NCBI GenBank assembly: GCA_964016885.1
Contig: OZ024742.1
Coordinates: forward strand, 186,620,001 to 186,684,000
DNA: 64,000 nt
From: Eledone cirrhosa
Taxonomy: Eukaryota
Direction: 5' to 3'
A model generated the notes under the pieces. It was not told where the DNA came from, made no database searches, and saw only the letters and a list, made by a program, of their open reading frames with translations. Below are positions 48,605-61,717 of this stretch, one piece after another; the stretch's first letter is position 1; every line of letters begins with the position of its first letter. The position numbers and the translations under genes were made by a program.

Positions 48605-49072
48605 CAGCTTTACTCCCTGGAACGAAGAAGGGAGAGATACACATTGATATACACATGGAAGATCCTGGAAGTTTAGCACCAAACTTCGGCATTGCATGCA
48701 GGTCCAGCCAAGAACAGGACACCACTGTTTAGTGCCAAATGTCCCATCTGTCGTGTCAAGAATAAGGACCACATTCTGCAATAGCCTGACGTTCAAAGGA
48801 TCCCAGTTCTTTAATAAACTGCCAAAAATCTGAGAGATCTACATGTTATGCATGTAGATGTTTTCAAGAGACATCCACATATTCTGATGACCAATATCTC
48901 GGATGAACCCACAACACGAGGCGATGCGCAAATAAGGGCAGCTACAACAAATTCCCTTTTGCATCAATGACCAAACAAGGTAAGCTGACTATAGAAAGTG
49001 GAGCGTCAATGGCAGTGCCCCAGCAAGGCCTCAGCCTCTCTGCTGGAACACATAATAGAGTAATAGAGTAAT
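48605..49072 (+). mobile_element. CR1/L2-group LINE 3' fragment
   Basis: QLYSLERRRERYTLIYTWKILE C-terminal motif; 3' GTGCCCCAGCAAGGCC and short (TAATAGAG)2 tail. Confidence 0.7.
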
Positions 49073-50303
49073 GACTGTGGAAAGCTTCGCTATTTACACA
49101 GTAATTGCAAAAGCAGGCCATTTCGATATTTTTTGTCAGACAAATGGAAAACTCACCACCGAAACCGACGGAGGCACATTTAAGTTATATTATTATATAT
49201 ATTGATAGGAAAAGCATTCCAACTGAAGAAAACCTGCCAAAGATGTATCAAGGACAGATGTATCAAGGACAACCTAAGTAGTGGAATAATAACATTGCTT
49301 TCATTATGTTTCTTCATATTTTAATGTGTCTGTGTCTGTGTTACCCATTTCTAGCTAATGTTTCTATTATTTGAACAATCTGTCGTTACCAATTTAATAT
49401 TTCCTTTTAGTGTTCAATTTAAAATTTGAAAAAATATTTCAAATCCATTTATCTTCACTATGATGCGATAGTTATTGTGCACTTTTAAATTGTACATATA
49501 TAAATACATACGTATATACATATATGCATGCATACATAAGCATGCATACATAAGCATGTATGTACATACATGCTTATGTATACATGCATATATGTATACA
49601 CACATACATTCATGCATACACACATACATATATACATACATGCATACATACGTACATACATACATGCATAGACAAATATTTACATGCATACGTACAAACA
49701 TATTATATACATGCATACATACACACACACACACACATACTCACACACATATATATATATACATATATACATACATATATACATAGTTACATACATACAC
49801 ACATATATATACACATACATATACACACATACTCACATACACACATACATATAGATACATACAGACATACACATACATATACACATACATACATGCAATC
49901 ATGCTTACATACATACATGCATTCACAGATACATATGTACGTACATACGTACATACGTAGAAACGTACATACGTACATACATACATGCATACATACATAT
50001 ATACGTACAAACATCCGTACATACATGCATAGACACATGCATGCACGCATACATATATACATACAGAGATACATACATACATACATAACAAATTTGAAAT
50101 GTAGTAGTCCAAAAATTTCCCTACCCTAAATATTCTTTATATAGGGATCAACTATTACTATAGTTTTTACGTTGGATAACTCTACTTCAAATTTTTCCAG
50201 TGTACCTTCACACCGCAGACACACATACATAATACATACATGTATATATATATATATATATACGATATTAAATAAATGGAAACTATATTTATAAAACCAT
50301 ATT

Positions 50304-50369
50304 TATTTCATTATATATATTTCAGGGATATCATATTAAAAATATGGTATGCCTTCATCAGACAAAATA
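50304..50369 (-). ncRNA. Minimal type I hammerhead motif
   Basis: Reverse complement of 51310-51375. Confidence 0.7.
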
Positions 50370-50621
50370 CAATATAAACAGTCTTATAAATAGATAGATT
50401 TGACATACCTTACACTTCAACTTCCATTTAAAAAGTTGATTTGGTAGTGAAAAATGTTAGGGACAGTTATAGAGAAAAAAAGAAAGAAAGAAAGAAAGCG
50501 AAGAAAAAGAAGAAATGCATGCAACGAAAAACAGAGAGAGATAGATATAGAGAGATAGATAGAGAGAAGAAATTCATGTAAAGAAAAAACAGAGAGAGAT
50601 AGATAGAGAGAGAAAAAACAG

Positions 50622-50658
<37 letters not shown>

Positions 50659-51309
50659 AAAGAGAGAGAGAGAGAAAAAATAGAGAGAGATAGATATAGA
50701 TAGAGATAGAGAGAGAGAAAAATAGGTAGTTGGGCACCAGTTGAATGACGTATCAATGATATATTTATTTATTTATTTATTTATTTAGTTCTAGTATTAA
50801 GGTAGAGAGAGATATATGTGGTTAGGAGAGAAAACAGCGTCTATGTAACGGCTGTTTTCTCTCCTAACCACATATATCTCTCTCTACCTTAATACTAGAA
50901 CTAAATAAATAAATAAATAAATAAATATATCATTGATACGTCATTCAACTGGTGCCCAACTACCTATTTTTCTCTCTCTCTATCTCTATCTATATCTATC
51001 TCTCTCTATTTTTCTCTCTCTCTCTCTTTTCTCTCTCTCTCTCTCTCTATCTATCTCCCTCTGTTTTTTCTCTCTCTATCTATCTCTCTCTGTTTTTTCT
51101 TTACATGAATTTCTTCTCTCTATCTATCTCTCTATATATCTCTCTCTCTGTTTTTCGTTGCATGCATTTCTTCTTTTTCTTCGCTTTCTTTCTTTCTTTC
51201 TTTTTTTTTTCTCTATAACTGTCCCTAACATTTTTCACTACCAAATCAACTTTTTAAATGGAAGTTGAAGTGTAAGGTATGTCAAATCTATATAAGACTG
51301 TTTATATTG

Positions 51310-51375
51310 TATTTTGTCTGATGAAGGCATACCATATTTTTAATATGATATCCCTGAAATATATATAATGAAATA
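51310..51375 (+). ncRNA. Minimal type I hammerhead motif
   Basis: TATTTTGT-CTGATGA-AGG..CATATT/AATATG..CCT-GAAA-TATATA-TA-ATGAAATA; stem I pairs over 8 bp including GU. Confidence 0.7.
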
Positions 51376-51533
51376 AATATGGTTTTATAAATATAGTTTC
51401 CATTTATTTAATATCGTAAATATACTCCAAATACTTGTTGAGTGCTTTTATATCAGTTATAAATATTTACTCGTTGCAACCCAACAATTTAAATAAAACT
51501 TTGCATATATATATATATATACTCACTCCGTCA

Positions 51534-51658
<125 letters not shown>

Positions 51659-51669
51659 TAGATAGATAT

Positions 51670-53212
51670 GTTTCTTTACTAACGACAAGGGCGCACAAGA
51701 AAAGGGGACAAAACAAAGACACAATCCGGGGATTTTACATACAATCGTATAAAAATATGAAACAAACAAATATAACAATCGAAATCCCCAATAGTGGGGA
51801 GGCGCCACAAATGGGTTGTTTAATACCCCGTAGATAGAACAACCCTCAACTTCAGGAGCGTGTTGTGCAAGTGCTCCTTTCTTCCTTTTATTCTCTTCTT
51901 CAACCTACAGGTTTATATACAGAGAAGGCCCAATCACTCGGGCTATTTTTGCCACATTCACCCACCTTTCAGTAAATTTACTGGGGTGCAGTGCCTCTCT
52001 CTCCACTCTGATTCTCCTTCTAAAGTGGTACCTAAAGAGGAGAATGAGTTGTTGTCCGGAGAGAAAGGCATCTGTCCTCAGTCCTCTCAATCTCGTCCAC
52101 CATATAACCTCTTCCACCATAACCACTATACAGAGGAAAATCGCCTCTCTTTCGTTTTTGAAAGAAGTTGGCGGTTTGATCCTTACTATGGACTCGGCAG
52201 TCAACTGGATTTGTCCCATACGCGACAGCAGTTGTTCTGCATAGTTCCACAAGTCGGTTACGCCTGGGTGGTGTACAATTGCGTGCAAGACAGTTTCAGT
52301 GTCCTGCCCGCATCTTGGACACGTCCTCTTGGAAGGATCCTGCCTGTATATCTTGTCAGGAACTGGTAGAGCACTGCCAGGCCAGGGACCTCTGGAGGTT
52401 GTCCATAGGTCTCGGACGGAAATTCCTACCAAACTGACTGGTGAGTTCGACGCCTAGAGTCTCTCCGAGCACGTCGTCGCCATTGTGAATTACTAACCCC
52501 CTATAGAATGTCGAAGTGGAGTCTCCACTGATTGGTGTGCCCGCTTAACAGAGGACTGTGAGCGCCTGAGCGCATTCAATGTGCCAGGCGCCCATCTTCT
52601 TCGGTATCTACTTGACCCAGGACTGCAGCTCCGTCAGCGAGACAAGCTGCGGGATGGCATGTCTCACAAACGGTGCCCACATCGGTTGGGGGTCAGTGAG
52701 GAATACCTGTAGATGCCGTAGCCCTAGCGCATCTTTGCACATCATCAGCATTCCCAGCCCTCCGTTGGAAGGGTGCTGACAGCAGACGGATCTCCTCACC
52801 AGTGGAGCCTGCTTCTTCCAAACGAATTCGAAGAAAATGCGCTCCATCTTGGTGAGGTACACGGGGACAAGGCACGACGGTCAAGCGGTAGTAGATGGCG
52901 GACGCTATCCTTTCAAGGATAGTTTTCACTCTGCCCACTTCTGGGTGAGCGCAATACCTTGGCCGTGACCTCGTTCCAGTTTTCCTCCACCTGGAGGCCG
53001 GACCGAATCAGACACCGAGCAATTTCACCGGTCCGTCCGTCCAGCATCCGATGACGCTGTCGGACGGGATCGGTTTGCCTCTCCACGTTCCGAGTTGCAA
53101 ACCGACAGACTTGTCCGGGTTCAGTTTTGCTCCTTCAGCCTTTCGTATTCCTGCAGTAAGTTGCCGATCGCCCCAATTTCAGAGGTTTCCCACACCATTA
53201 GTGTCACGTCGT
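51670..53212 (-). mobile_element. Tx1-clade LINE family D, 5'-truncated and degenerate
   Basis: Starts at the DD of the YADD motif (DVTLMVWETSEIGAIG); YYRLTVVPCP, LVSLTELQSWVK, CPRCGQDTETVLH; 3' end CCCTTGTCGTTAGTAAAGAAAC running into ATCT/TC repeats. Confidence 0.9.
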
Positions 53213-53660
53213 AGATTGACGGAGTGAGTAAGCAATCCCAAATTAAATCGGGGGTAACTAGAGTTCAAAAGGTAGTCAATGCATTAGTAGAGTATAAAAA
53301 TCACGAAGCCATTCTATATTAAATGATAATAGCTTTTCCATGATGTCAACAAAAAATTCTATGTGTACATGTTATACCTTAATTGGTATAAATTATTGTT
53401 TTGTCTTCTACATACTCCACTGGACGGCGCTTTGGATTGTGTCAGATGCTGTGACACCAGATGGACCTGCAGTACCGTTGGTAGAGGGTCAAAACTGCCA
53501 AAGTCCATCTCAACGGTTGAAGACCCTGGAGTTCTGTGTCTTTCATTTGAATTTTTATTTTCAAAAAATATTTATTTAAGGTTTCCCCTTCAAAAGAATT
53601 GTTTTCCATTTTGCCTTGTTTTCGTTAGTTGTCTCGTCCTCTCTTTGTTAATTTTCCTAA

Positions 53661-53706
<46 letters not shown>

Positions 53707-53710
<4 letters not shown>

Positions 53711-54723
53711 AATTAATATATCTACCGACATATGTATACAGATGCATACCTACACTAGCAGATATATATGTTTTGTCTTAGTAACTTTGTAGTTCTATGC
53801 AGGGGAATGCAGAACAATTATATGAAAGACGTAAATAAGAAAGTTATGAAAATTGACTTACTAAAATTTCACTCCAACTAATTAGTTTCTGTAAGGGGAT
53901 AAATACAGTTATGTAATACCTGTAGAGAAGCCTTACGTCATCAGGAAGTCTATTCTCAGCTAAGCCACCAGGCAATGCGAGGACACTGGAAGCTTATATA
54001 ACAATAATTCAGTGGACTGAAAAATTCGCTGCCTCCTTGGTCAAGTGGCAAATTCAAAAGAATTAATCACGTGACACTGAGGTTAACCAGCTTGGAGTGG
54101 GGGTGCTATTAAGACAGAGCCTAGCCACTACTATCAGTCACAGTAGTAATTTGGCAAATTTTGCTCAACAAATAATTTGGAGAAGAATATAAAGAATTAA
54201 TATATCTACCGACATATGTATACAGATGCATACCTACGCTAGCAGATATATATGTTTTGTCTTAGTAACTTTGTAGTTCTATGCAGGGGAATGCAGAATA
54301 ATTATATGAAAGACGTAAATAAGAAAGTTATGAAAATTGACTTACTTACTAAAATTTCACTCCAACTAATTAGTTTCTGTAAGGGGATAAATACAGTTAT
54401 GTAATACCTGTAGAGAAGCCTTACGTCATCAGGGAGTCTATTCTCAGCTAAGCCACCAGGCAATGCGGGGACACTGGAAGCTTATATAACAATAATTCAC
54501 TGGAAGCTTATATAACAATAGTCCACTGAATTATTGTTATATAAGCTTCCAGTGTCCCCGCATTGCCTGGTGGCTTAGCTGAGAATAGACTCCCTGATGA
54601 CGTAAGGCTTCTCTACAGGTATTACATAACTGTATTTATCCCCTTACAGAAACTAATTAGTTGGAGTGAAATTTTAGTAAGTAAGTCAATTTTCATAACT
54701 TTCTTATTTACGTCTTTCATATA
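53707..54723. mobile_element. Hammerhead-containing 484-bp unit: full copy, partial tandem copy, then an inverted partial copy (Penelope/retrozyme-like)
   Basis: Direct repeats start at 53707 and 54191; inverted arm 54520-54723; hammerheads at 53871-53949 (-), 54359-54437 (-) and 54589-54667 (+). Confidence 0.85.
54589..54667 (+). ncRNA. Type I hammerhead motif with long stem II
   Basis: ACTCC-CTGATGA-c-GTAAGG...CCTTAC-a-GAAA-CTAATTAG-TT-GGAGT; helix III is the palindrome ACTAATTAGT. Confidence 0.75.
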
Positions 54724-54733
54724 TATATATATA

Positions 54734-56974
54734 TGAATATAGACATAGAATATTCGAAAATATTCTGTATGTTTATAATAAACATTTTGAAGACCTAATC
54801 GCTATAGAATAGAATACGTCACGTATTACAATTAGATTCTCGATAAAAGCAAGGGAAGTAATCTACGCGTTTCATTCTTGTTAGAAATCATCAGGACTAC
54901 ATATCCAGTGCTTTTATCGAGAATGACACAGCTAGAGACTTATAGAATACTTAGCTGTGTACAGGAACTGGTTTGAAAGAGCGGTTGCCGGTCCGGCAGA
55001 AATTAGAAATTGGAATAAATGCTCTGAAATAGCGATATATATGTGAATATAGACATAGAATATTCGAAAATATTCTGTATGTTTATAATAAACATTTTGA
55101 AGACCTAATCGCTATAGAATAGAATACGTCACGTATTACAATTAGATTCTCGATAAAAGCAAGGGAAGTAATCTACGCGTTTCATTCTTGTTAGAAATCA
55201 TCAGGACTACATATCCAGTGCTTTTATCGAGAATGACACAGCTAGAGACTTATAGAATACTTAGCTGTGTACAGGAACTGGTTTGAAAGAGCGGTTGCCG
55301 GTCCGGCAGAAATTAGAAATTGGAATAAATGCTCTGAAATAGCGATATATATGTGAATATAGACATAGAATATTCGAAAATATTCTGTATGTTTATAATA
55401 AACATTTTGAAGACCTAATCGCTATAGAATAGAATACGTCACGTATTACAATTAGATTCTCGATAAAAGCAAGGGAAGTAATCTACGCGTTTCATTCTTG
55501 TTAGAAATCATCAGGACTACATATCCAGTGCTTTTATCGAGAATGACACAGCTAGAGACTTATAGAATACTTAGCTGTGTACAGGAACTGGTTTGAAAGA
55601 GCGGTTGCCGGTCCGGCAGAAATTAGAAATTGGAATAAATGCTCTGAAATAGCGATATATATGTGAATATAGACATAGAATATTCGAAAATATTCTGTAT
55701 GTTTATAATAAACATTTTGAAGACCTAATCGCTATAGAATAGAATACGTCACGTATTACAATTAGATTCTCGATAAAAGCAAGGGAAGTAATCTACGCGT
55801 TTCATTCTTGTTAGAAATCATCAGGACTACATATCCAGTGCTTTTATCGAGAATGACACAGCTAGAGACTTATAGAATACTTAGCTGTGTACAGGAACTG
55901 GTTTGAAAGAGCGGTTGCCGGTCCGGCAGAAATTAGAAATTGGAATAAATGCTCTGAAATAGCGATATATATGTGAATATAGACATAGAATATTCGAAAA
56001 TATTCTGTATGTTTATAATAAACATTTTTCAGAGCATTTATTCCAATTTCTAATTTCTGCCGGACCGGCAACCGCTCTTTCAAACCAGTTCCTGTACACA
56101 GCTAAGTATTCTATAAGTCTCTAGCTGTGTCATTCTCGATAAAAGCACTGGATATGTAGTCCTGATGATTTCTAACAAGAATGAAACGCGTAGATTACTT
56201 CCCTTGCTTTTATCGAGAATCTAATTGTAATACGTGACGTATTCTATTCTATAGCGATTAGGTCTTCAAAATGTTTATTATAAACATACAGAATATTTTC
56301 GAATATTCTATGTCTATATTCACATATATATCGCTATTTCAGAGCATTTATTCCAATTTCTAATTTCTGCCGGACCGGCAACCGCTCTTTCAAACCAGTT
56401 CCTGTACACAGCTAAGTATTCTATAAGTCTCTAGCTGTGTCATTCTCGATAAAAGCACTGGATATGTAGTCCTGATGATTTCTAACAAGAATGAAACGCG
56501 TAGATTACTTCCCTTGCTTTTATCGAGAATCTAATTGTAATACGTGACGTATTCTATTCTATAGCGATTAGGTCTTCAAAATGTTTATTATAAACATACA
56601 GAATATTTTCGAATATTCTATGTCTATATTCACATATATATCGCTATTTCAGAGCATTTATTCCAATTTCTAATTTCTGCCGGACCGGCAACCGCTCTTT
56701 CAAACCAGTTCCTGTACACAGCTAAGTATTCTATAAGTCTCTAGCTGTGTCATTCTCGATAAAAGCACTGGATATGTAGTCCTGATGATTTCTAACAAGA
56801 ATGAAACGCGTAGATTACTTCCCTTGCTTTTATCGAGAATCTAATTGTAATACGTGACGTATTCTATTCTATAGCGATTAGGTCTTCAAAATGTTTATTA
56901 TAAACATACAGAATATTTTCGAATATTCTATGTCTATATTCACATATATATCGCTATTTCAGAGCATTTATTCC

Positions 56975-56978
<4 letters not shown>
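54734..56978. mobile_element. 310-bp hammerhead monomer array: about 4.2 forward and 3.1 inverted copies (non-LTR retrozyme-like)
   Basis: Period 310 (AGACATAGAA at 54741, 55051, 55361, 55671, 55981); inversion at 56026-56028; flanked by (TA)n. Confidence 0.9.
56156..56198 (+). ncRNA. Type I hammerhead (also 56466-56508 and 56776-56818 on +; 54858-54900, 55168-55210, 55478-55520, 55788-55830 on -)
   Basis: GTAGTC-CTGATGA-tTTCTaacaAGAAt-GAAA-CGCG-TA-GATTAC; stem I extended by ATTCTCGATAAAAGCA/TGCTTTTATCGAGAAT. Confidence 0.8.
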
Positions 56979-57022
<44 letters not shown>

Positions 57023-57137
57023 AATATAGAAATAGCTTCTACAGGAACTAGAAATGTTTCATTCGAAGGAAATCATCATATACTCTGCTATGTATTGAGT
57101 ACCTTGCTAACCCTGGTTTCCTTCTATTGAATCCGGG

Positions 57138-57225
<88 letters not shown>

Positions 57226-57424
57226 ATATGTATATATATATATATGTAGAAGGTGAGTAATATTGTAGAAAATGAAACTATGCTTATATCAGATAAGTAC
57301 CATTCAACAGTTGGTAGAACTGGAGTATATATAATAAAGAAGAAATTATATATGTAGACTTAGCACTTTCCTGTAAACAAGTGCTATTATGCCTCATATC
57401 ATGTTACATTATTTTACCTGATGA

Positions 57425-57612
57425 GTGGTGGATTGGGAGTAGCGGTAGAGTGTCGGACGCCATGCTTTCCAGCATAGTTACGTCCCTTTATGATCTGAGT
57501 TCAAATCCCGCCGAGGTTGTCTTTGCCTTTCATCCTTACGGGGTCGATAAAATAAAGTACCAGTAATGCACTGGGTGATTGCTGGCCTTGTGCCTAAAGT
57601 AGAAACAATTAT
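57425..57612 (+). mobile_element. SINE type 1
   Basis: Same head, core and tail. Confidence 0.9.
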
Positions 57613-57734
57613 TTTACCTTATGAGAACACAATTTTTGTCCCAGGATTATTTTGTTTTAGAAATGCGCATAATAAAACATATGGAACTCTTTTAACCATC
57701 TTTTAATTTCTTCTTTATTTATCCCTATCTGAAC

Positions 57735-57770
57735 TTTCCTGAAGAAGGACTTCTGTCCGAAACGTCAAAA
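57735..57770 (+). ncRNA. Minimal hammerhead-like motif
   Basis: CTGAAGA-a-GGAC-ttct-GTCC-GAAA-CG-TC; stem I is weak. Confidence 0.5.
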
Positions 57771-57850
57771 CCTCCTCCATTTCCATCAAGCGTTAACCTA
57801 ATATAACTATGCAAAATTTGCCTCCTGTGTTTTGTTTGTTTTCATTTATC

Positions 57851-57919
<69 letters not shown>

Positions 57920-58353
57920 CATACGCACACAAATATTCATAATTTGCCAACTTTCCACACATACAACCAATGCAATCAATGTATGTATATGTATATGTAT
58001 ATGTGTGTATATGTATAAGTAATTTTCTGCCTGTATTAATTTTCATTTAAAACGGCTTAACCAAGTAATTAATTATTGTCTAAACTATTTTATAGTTAAT
58101 CTCTGTTTTAAGTGTCACAGGAGCTGTAGGCTGTTGTCTGTGCAAGTATGAAAAACACAATATAGTTTCTTATTATTCACTAATAACTGACAAACACAAC
58201 TATGATGAATTGTTGAAATAAGATATAAAATTTAATTACAAATCATTTCTACAAATTAAAAAAAATGGTAACTAATTGCAATAACTTGTCCTTCCTTAAA
58301 TAAATTTCATGTAAAAACGGTCATAGGTCTGTGTATGTATGTATGTATGTATG

Positions 58354-60636
58354 TTTTCTCTTTCTCTTAATTTCGAGTATATTTTTTTGACCGGCCACCT
58401 TCCTGGTGGCAAGGTGTGTAAAAGAAAAGAAATTGTCATCCCTTGAATCGCAAGAATGTTTTGCATATTTTGAAGGTGCCAGCTATCGCAGCCATTTGTA
58501 GACTATGAATTAGGGAGCTGCGCTTTTTGTCCGCAAATCCAAGTTCGGTCATACTTTGGTCCAAGCGGGTTGGTATATAACCCGTAGCACCAATAATGAT
58601 GGGTATGAAGCTAAAGGTGTATCTTGGATACTGGATTTGTAAACTCCTCATCAATGGTCCGTAGATGTCCTCCTTCTCCTGTATTTTTCTGACAACGTTT
58701 ACATCAAGTGGGCAGCTGATCTCCACAACAGAACACGTTTTCAATGTGTGGTCCCAAACTACAATATCAGGCCGGTTGTGCTTTAATTTGGTGGCAGTTT
58801 TTATTTTCAGGTTCCACCAGTATTCCTTAGTGCCTTCTGTCTCAATATATTCTTCCTCGTTTGTTGTTAATTTTGTTTTCCGAAGTGCGTTCCAGATAGT
58901 TCTAGCTATCCCATCGTGTCTCATGGGGAGGTAGTAGCGAGATGACATTCTTTCGCAGCTGGCAACAATGTGGCTTACATCCTCGATCTTTGTTTTACAT
59001 AGCCTACATTTATTGTCAGCTGCTGGCCCTCCTCTTTTGTGCAGCAGATATTTGGTAGGGAGTTCTTGTTCCTGTATTGCATAGAGATATCCCTCAAGGT
59101 GTGATGTCATAAACTTGTCGGAACTCCATGCCAGGCTTTTTGAGTGGTTTATCCCCTCCATGGTCTGTGTTTTACGCCTCAAGTATCCATGCACAACTTT
59201 CTCTGTAAATTGGTCAATTTTTTTTTCTTGTTTGAATATTGAATAGGATCTTCCGATTTCTCTGGGTGAGAGATTTATATCAGGCTTTATTCCATATCTC
59301 TCCTCCAGATCAGTCGCTATTCTAATGATATTTCTTTTTTCATGCCCATAAACCTGAGCAAGATGGTCGCCAACCTTTTTCCTCTGTTGAAGGTGTTGCT
59401 TCAGTGTTACTATCCGGGTCTCATATGTTGTTAATATTGATTTTAGACCCCGGCCACCTTCCTTGCGTGAGAAGTATAGCCTATCCACATCACCATTGAT
59501 GTTAAAGTTCCCAGTAACACTGAGAAGTTTGCGAGTTCTAACATCCATCTCACTTAGTTCTTGCAATGACCAGTTCAGTAGGCCAGATGTTGGCGTTAGA
59601 ATTGGCACAGCATAGGTATTGTGGGCAATGTATTTGTTGTATGCTGACAGTTCTGATGACCATATTTTTTTTACTCTTCTGAGGTATTCAGTTCTGGTTC
59701 TCTCCTTATTTATGGGTCCATCATATCTGACATTCTCATCCTGTCCAAGATATCTGTAGTTGTCACCTGACTGCAGAGGTTGTATTGTCAGGCCGTTCAT
59801 ATCTAGATTTCTAGAGGAGGGCACAGCTCTTCCACGTTTTACTGCCAAATATGCACACTTGGACTCACCAAATTTCATTTTGATGTCGGTTGAAAATTGT
59901 GTAATGAGGTCCAATTGTTTCTTGATGTCATTGATATTTGGCCCATACAACTTCAGGTCATCAACAAAGAAAAGATGGGAGATACTTCTGGGCCCACTTC
60001 TTTGTCCACCTTGTTTCCTGAGTAGGTAAGATAGTGGATTCAGTGAGAGAACGAAGAGTAGTACTGACAAGCTATCACCCTGAAAGATGCCCTTCTGGTA
60101 ATGTATCCTATCAGTCTTAACCTGCTCCTTCTCACCTCTAAGGATCAAATTGGTGTACCAGTTCTTGGTCAGGCGTTCAACAGCAGCTACTAATGGTTGT
60201 GGGACTTTAGCTAACTGTAAAGCCTTAATAATCCACCCATGAGGTACACTATCAAATGCTTTTTGATAGTCCAGCCACACGACAGTCATGTTTCTGCGAT
60301 TCTTTGTTGTTTTTTCCTGAATCATTTTGTTAGTTAGTAGGTGATCTATGCAACGCCACACCTCCCTCTTTCCACCAGCTTGCTCAGGTGTTATGATGTT
60401 GTTGGTAGCACAGTGATCCTGTAAGAACAGGTTAAGGCACCCAGTATATAATTTATACATGATGTTTTGGCAGGCAATTGGGCGGTAATTTTTAGCAAGG
60501 GTGGTTTGGCTATTTTTGGGAATGAGGAGAGTAGTGGCAGTTGATAACCATCTGGGAAGTTCTTGTGTGCCCTTAATGGTTTCTGTAAACAGCCGTATGA
60601 GATCTTGCCGATAGAAAGTGAAATTCTTCAACCAGT
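58354..60636 (-). mobile_element. 5'-truncated R4-like RT-RLE element within (ACAT)n
   Basis: (GTAT)n on both flanks; 3'UTR hairpin GCCACC-AGGAA-GGTGGC. Confidence 0.9.
58436..60636 (-). pseudogene. Uninterrupted but N-truncated RT-RLE reading frame
   Basis: NYRPIAC, LDYQKAFDSVPH, GIFQGDSLS, FFVDDLK, CRLC..HIVASC, RHD, RPD..EISCP..K. The track's MHTYIHTY N-terminus is microsatellite. Confidence 0.88.
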
Positions 60637-60864
60637 ATGTATGTATGTATGTATGTATGTATGTATGTATGTATGTATGTATGTATGTATGTATGTATGT
60701 ATGCATGTATGCATGTATGTATGTATGTATGTATGTGTATGTATGTATGTGTATGTATGTATGTAGGTAGGTAGGTATGTATGTGTATGTATGTGTGTTT
60801 ACATATGTATGTATATATATATATGAATATATATATGTATGTATGTATGCATGTATGTATTTAT

Positions 60865-61286
60865 GTCATCTCTCCCGGGAGAGATGGCCCCTTAGCCTTT
60901 GTCAAGGCAGAATTCTAGGAGAAGGAAAACTCTGATATAGCACCTGCAACCCTGATGGTATCCAATGATGTTGACGTGTTCTTCTTTTTGGTAAATATCA
61001 TCTTGGTTAAGAGAGTGGGACTGGCTTTGTGCAGTGCCTTTGCTCACTATAAAAGCTTCACGGCACAGGCATTGCTTTATATCTGGAGATCTCTCTGCAC
61101 TTGTCATCACATGGTTCAATGGGCCCAGCACTATATGTCAGTAATTGTCACAAGTGTATTGTTTGTACCAAAGTTTTCAAGTCGCTGGCTGGACTAAAAA
61201 GTCACACTCGTTCAGCGCATCGGTAGGGGTTCTCCTACATGGATATAAAGTAGTAGCCGTACTCGAAAACGAGTTGGCAGCCACCA
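60865..61286 (+). mobile_element. 5'-truncated copy of the 43436-44041 element
   Basis: Collinear to the same 3' end GGCAGCCACCA; starts with fold-back GTCATCTCTC-CCGG-GAGAGATGGC. Confidence 0.85.
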
Positions 61287-61359
61287 TGTATATATGTATG
61301 TGAGTATGTACGTGTGTATGAATGTGTGTATGTGTGTATACATGTGTGTTTACGCATGT

Positions 61360-61690
61360 AAGCGCATGGCTTAGTGGTTAGGGCATTGGGCTTGCAATCG
61401 GGAAGTTGTGAGTTCGATTCTCGGACCGGGTGATTCGTTTAACCTTGAACAAGACACTTTATTTCACGCTGCTCCAGTTTACTAAGCTGTAGAAATTAGA
61501 TGCGACGTCACTGGTTCCAAGCTGTATCGGCCATTTCAATCCCCTTGGACAACATCAGTGCCGCAGAGAATGGAGACTAGTATACATTGGCCACTGCTGG
61601 CCTTCCACAAACAACCTTGCCCGGATTTGAGCCACGGAGGGGAACTTTCTAGTTGCAAATCCCAAGGTCATTTGTAATCGAAGTAGCGGG
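61360..61690 (+). mobile_element. tRNA-derived SINE (type 2 head and core, different 3' half)
   Basis: TGGCTTAGTGG A box, GAGTTCGATTC B box, CCTTGAACAAGACACTTTATTTCACG core. Confidence 0.8.
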
Positions 61691-61717
61691 TCGGTCTTTT
61701 TTACATGTATGTATGTA

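Larger units (their letters stand above)
50261..51418. repeat. Large palindrome (about 570-bp arms, 12-nt spacer) with a hammerhead in each arm; Penelope pLTR-like
   Basis: Spacer 50839-50850; arms differ by microsatellite length and small indels. Confidence 0.93.
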
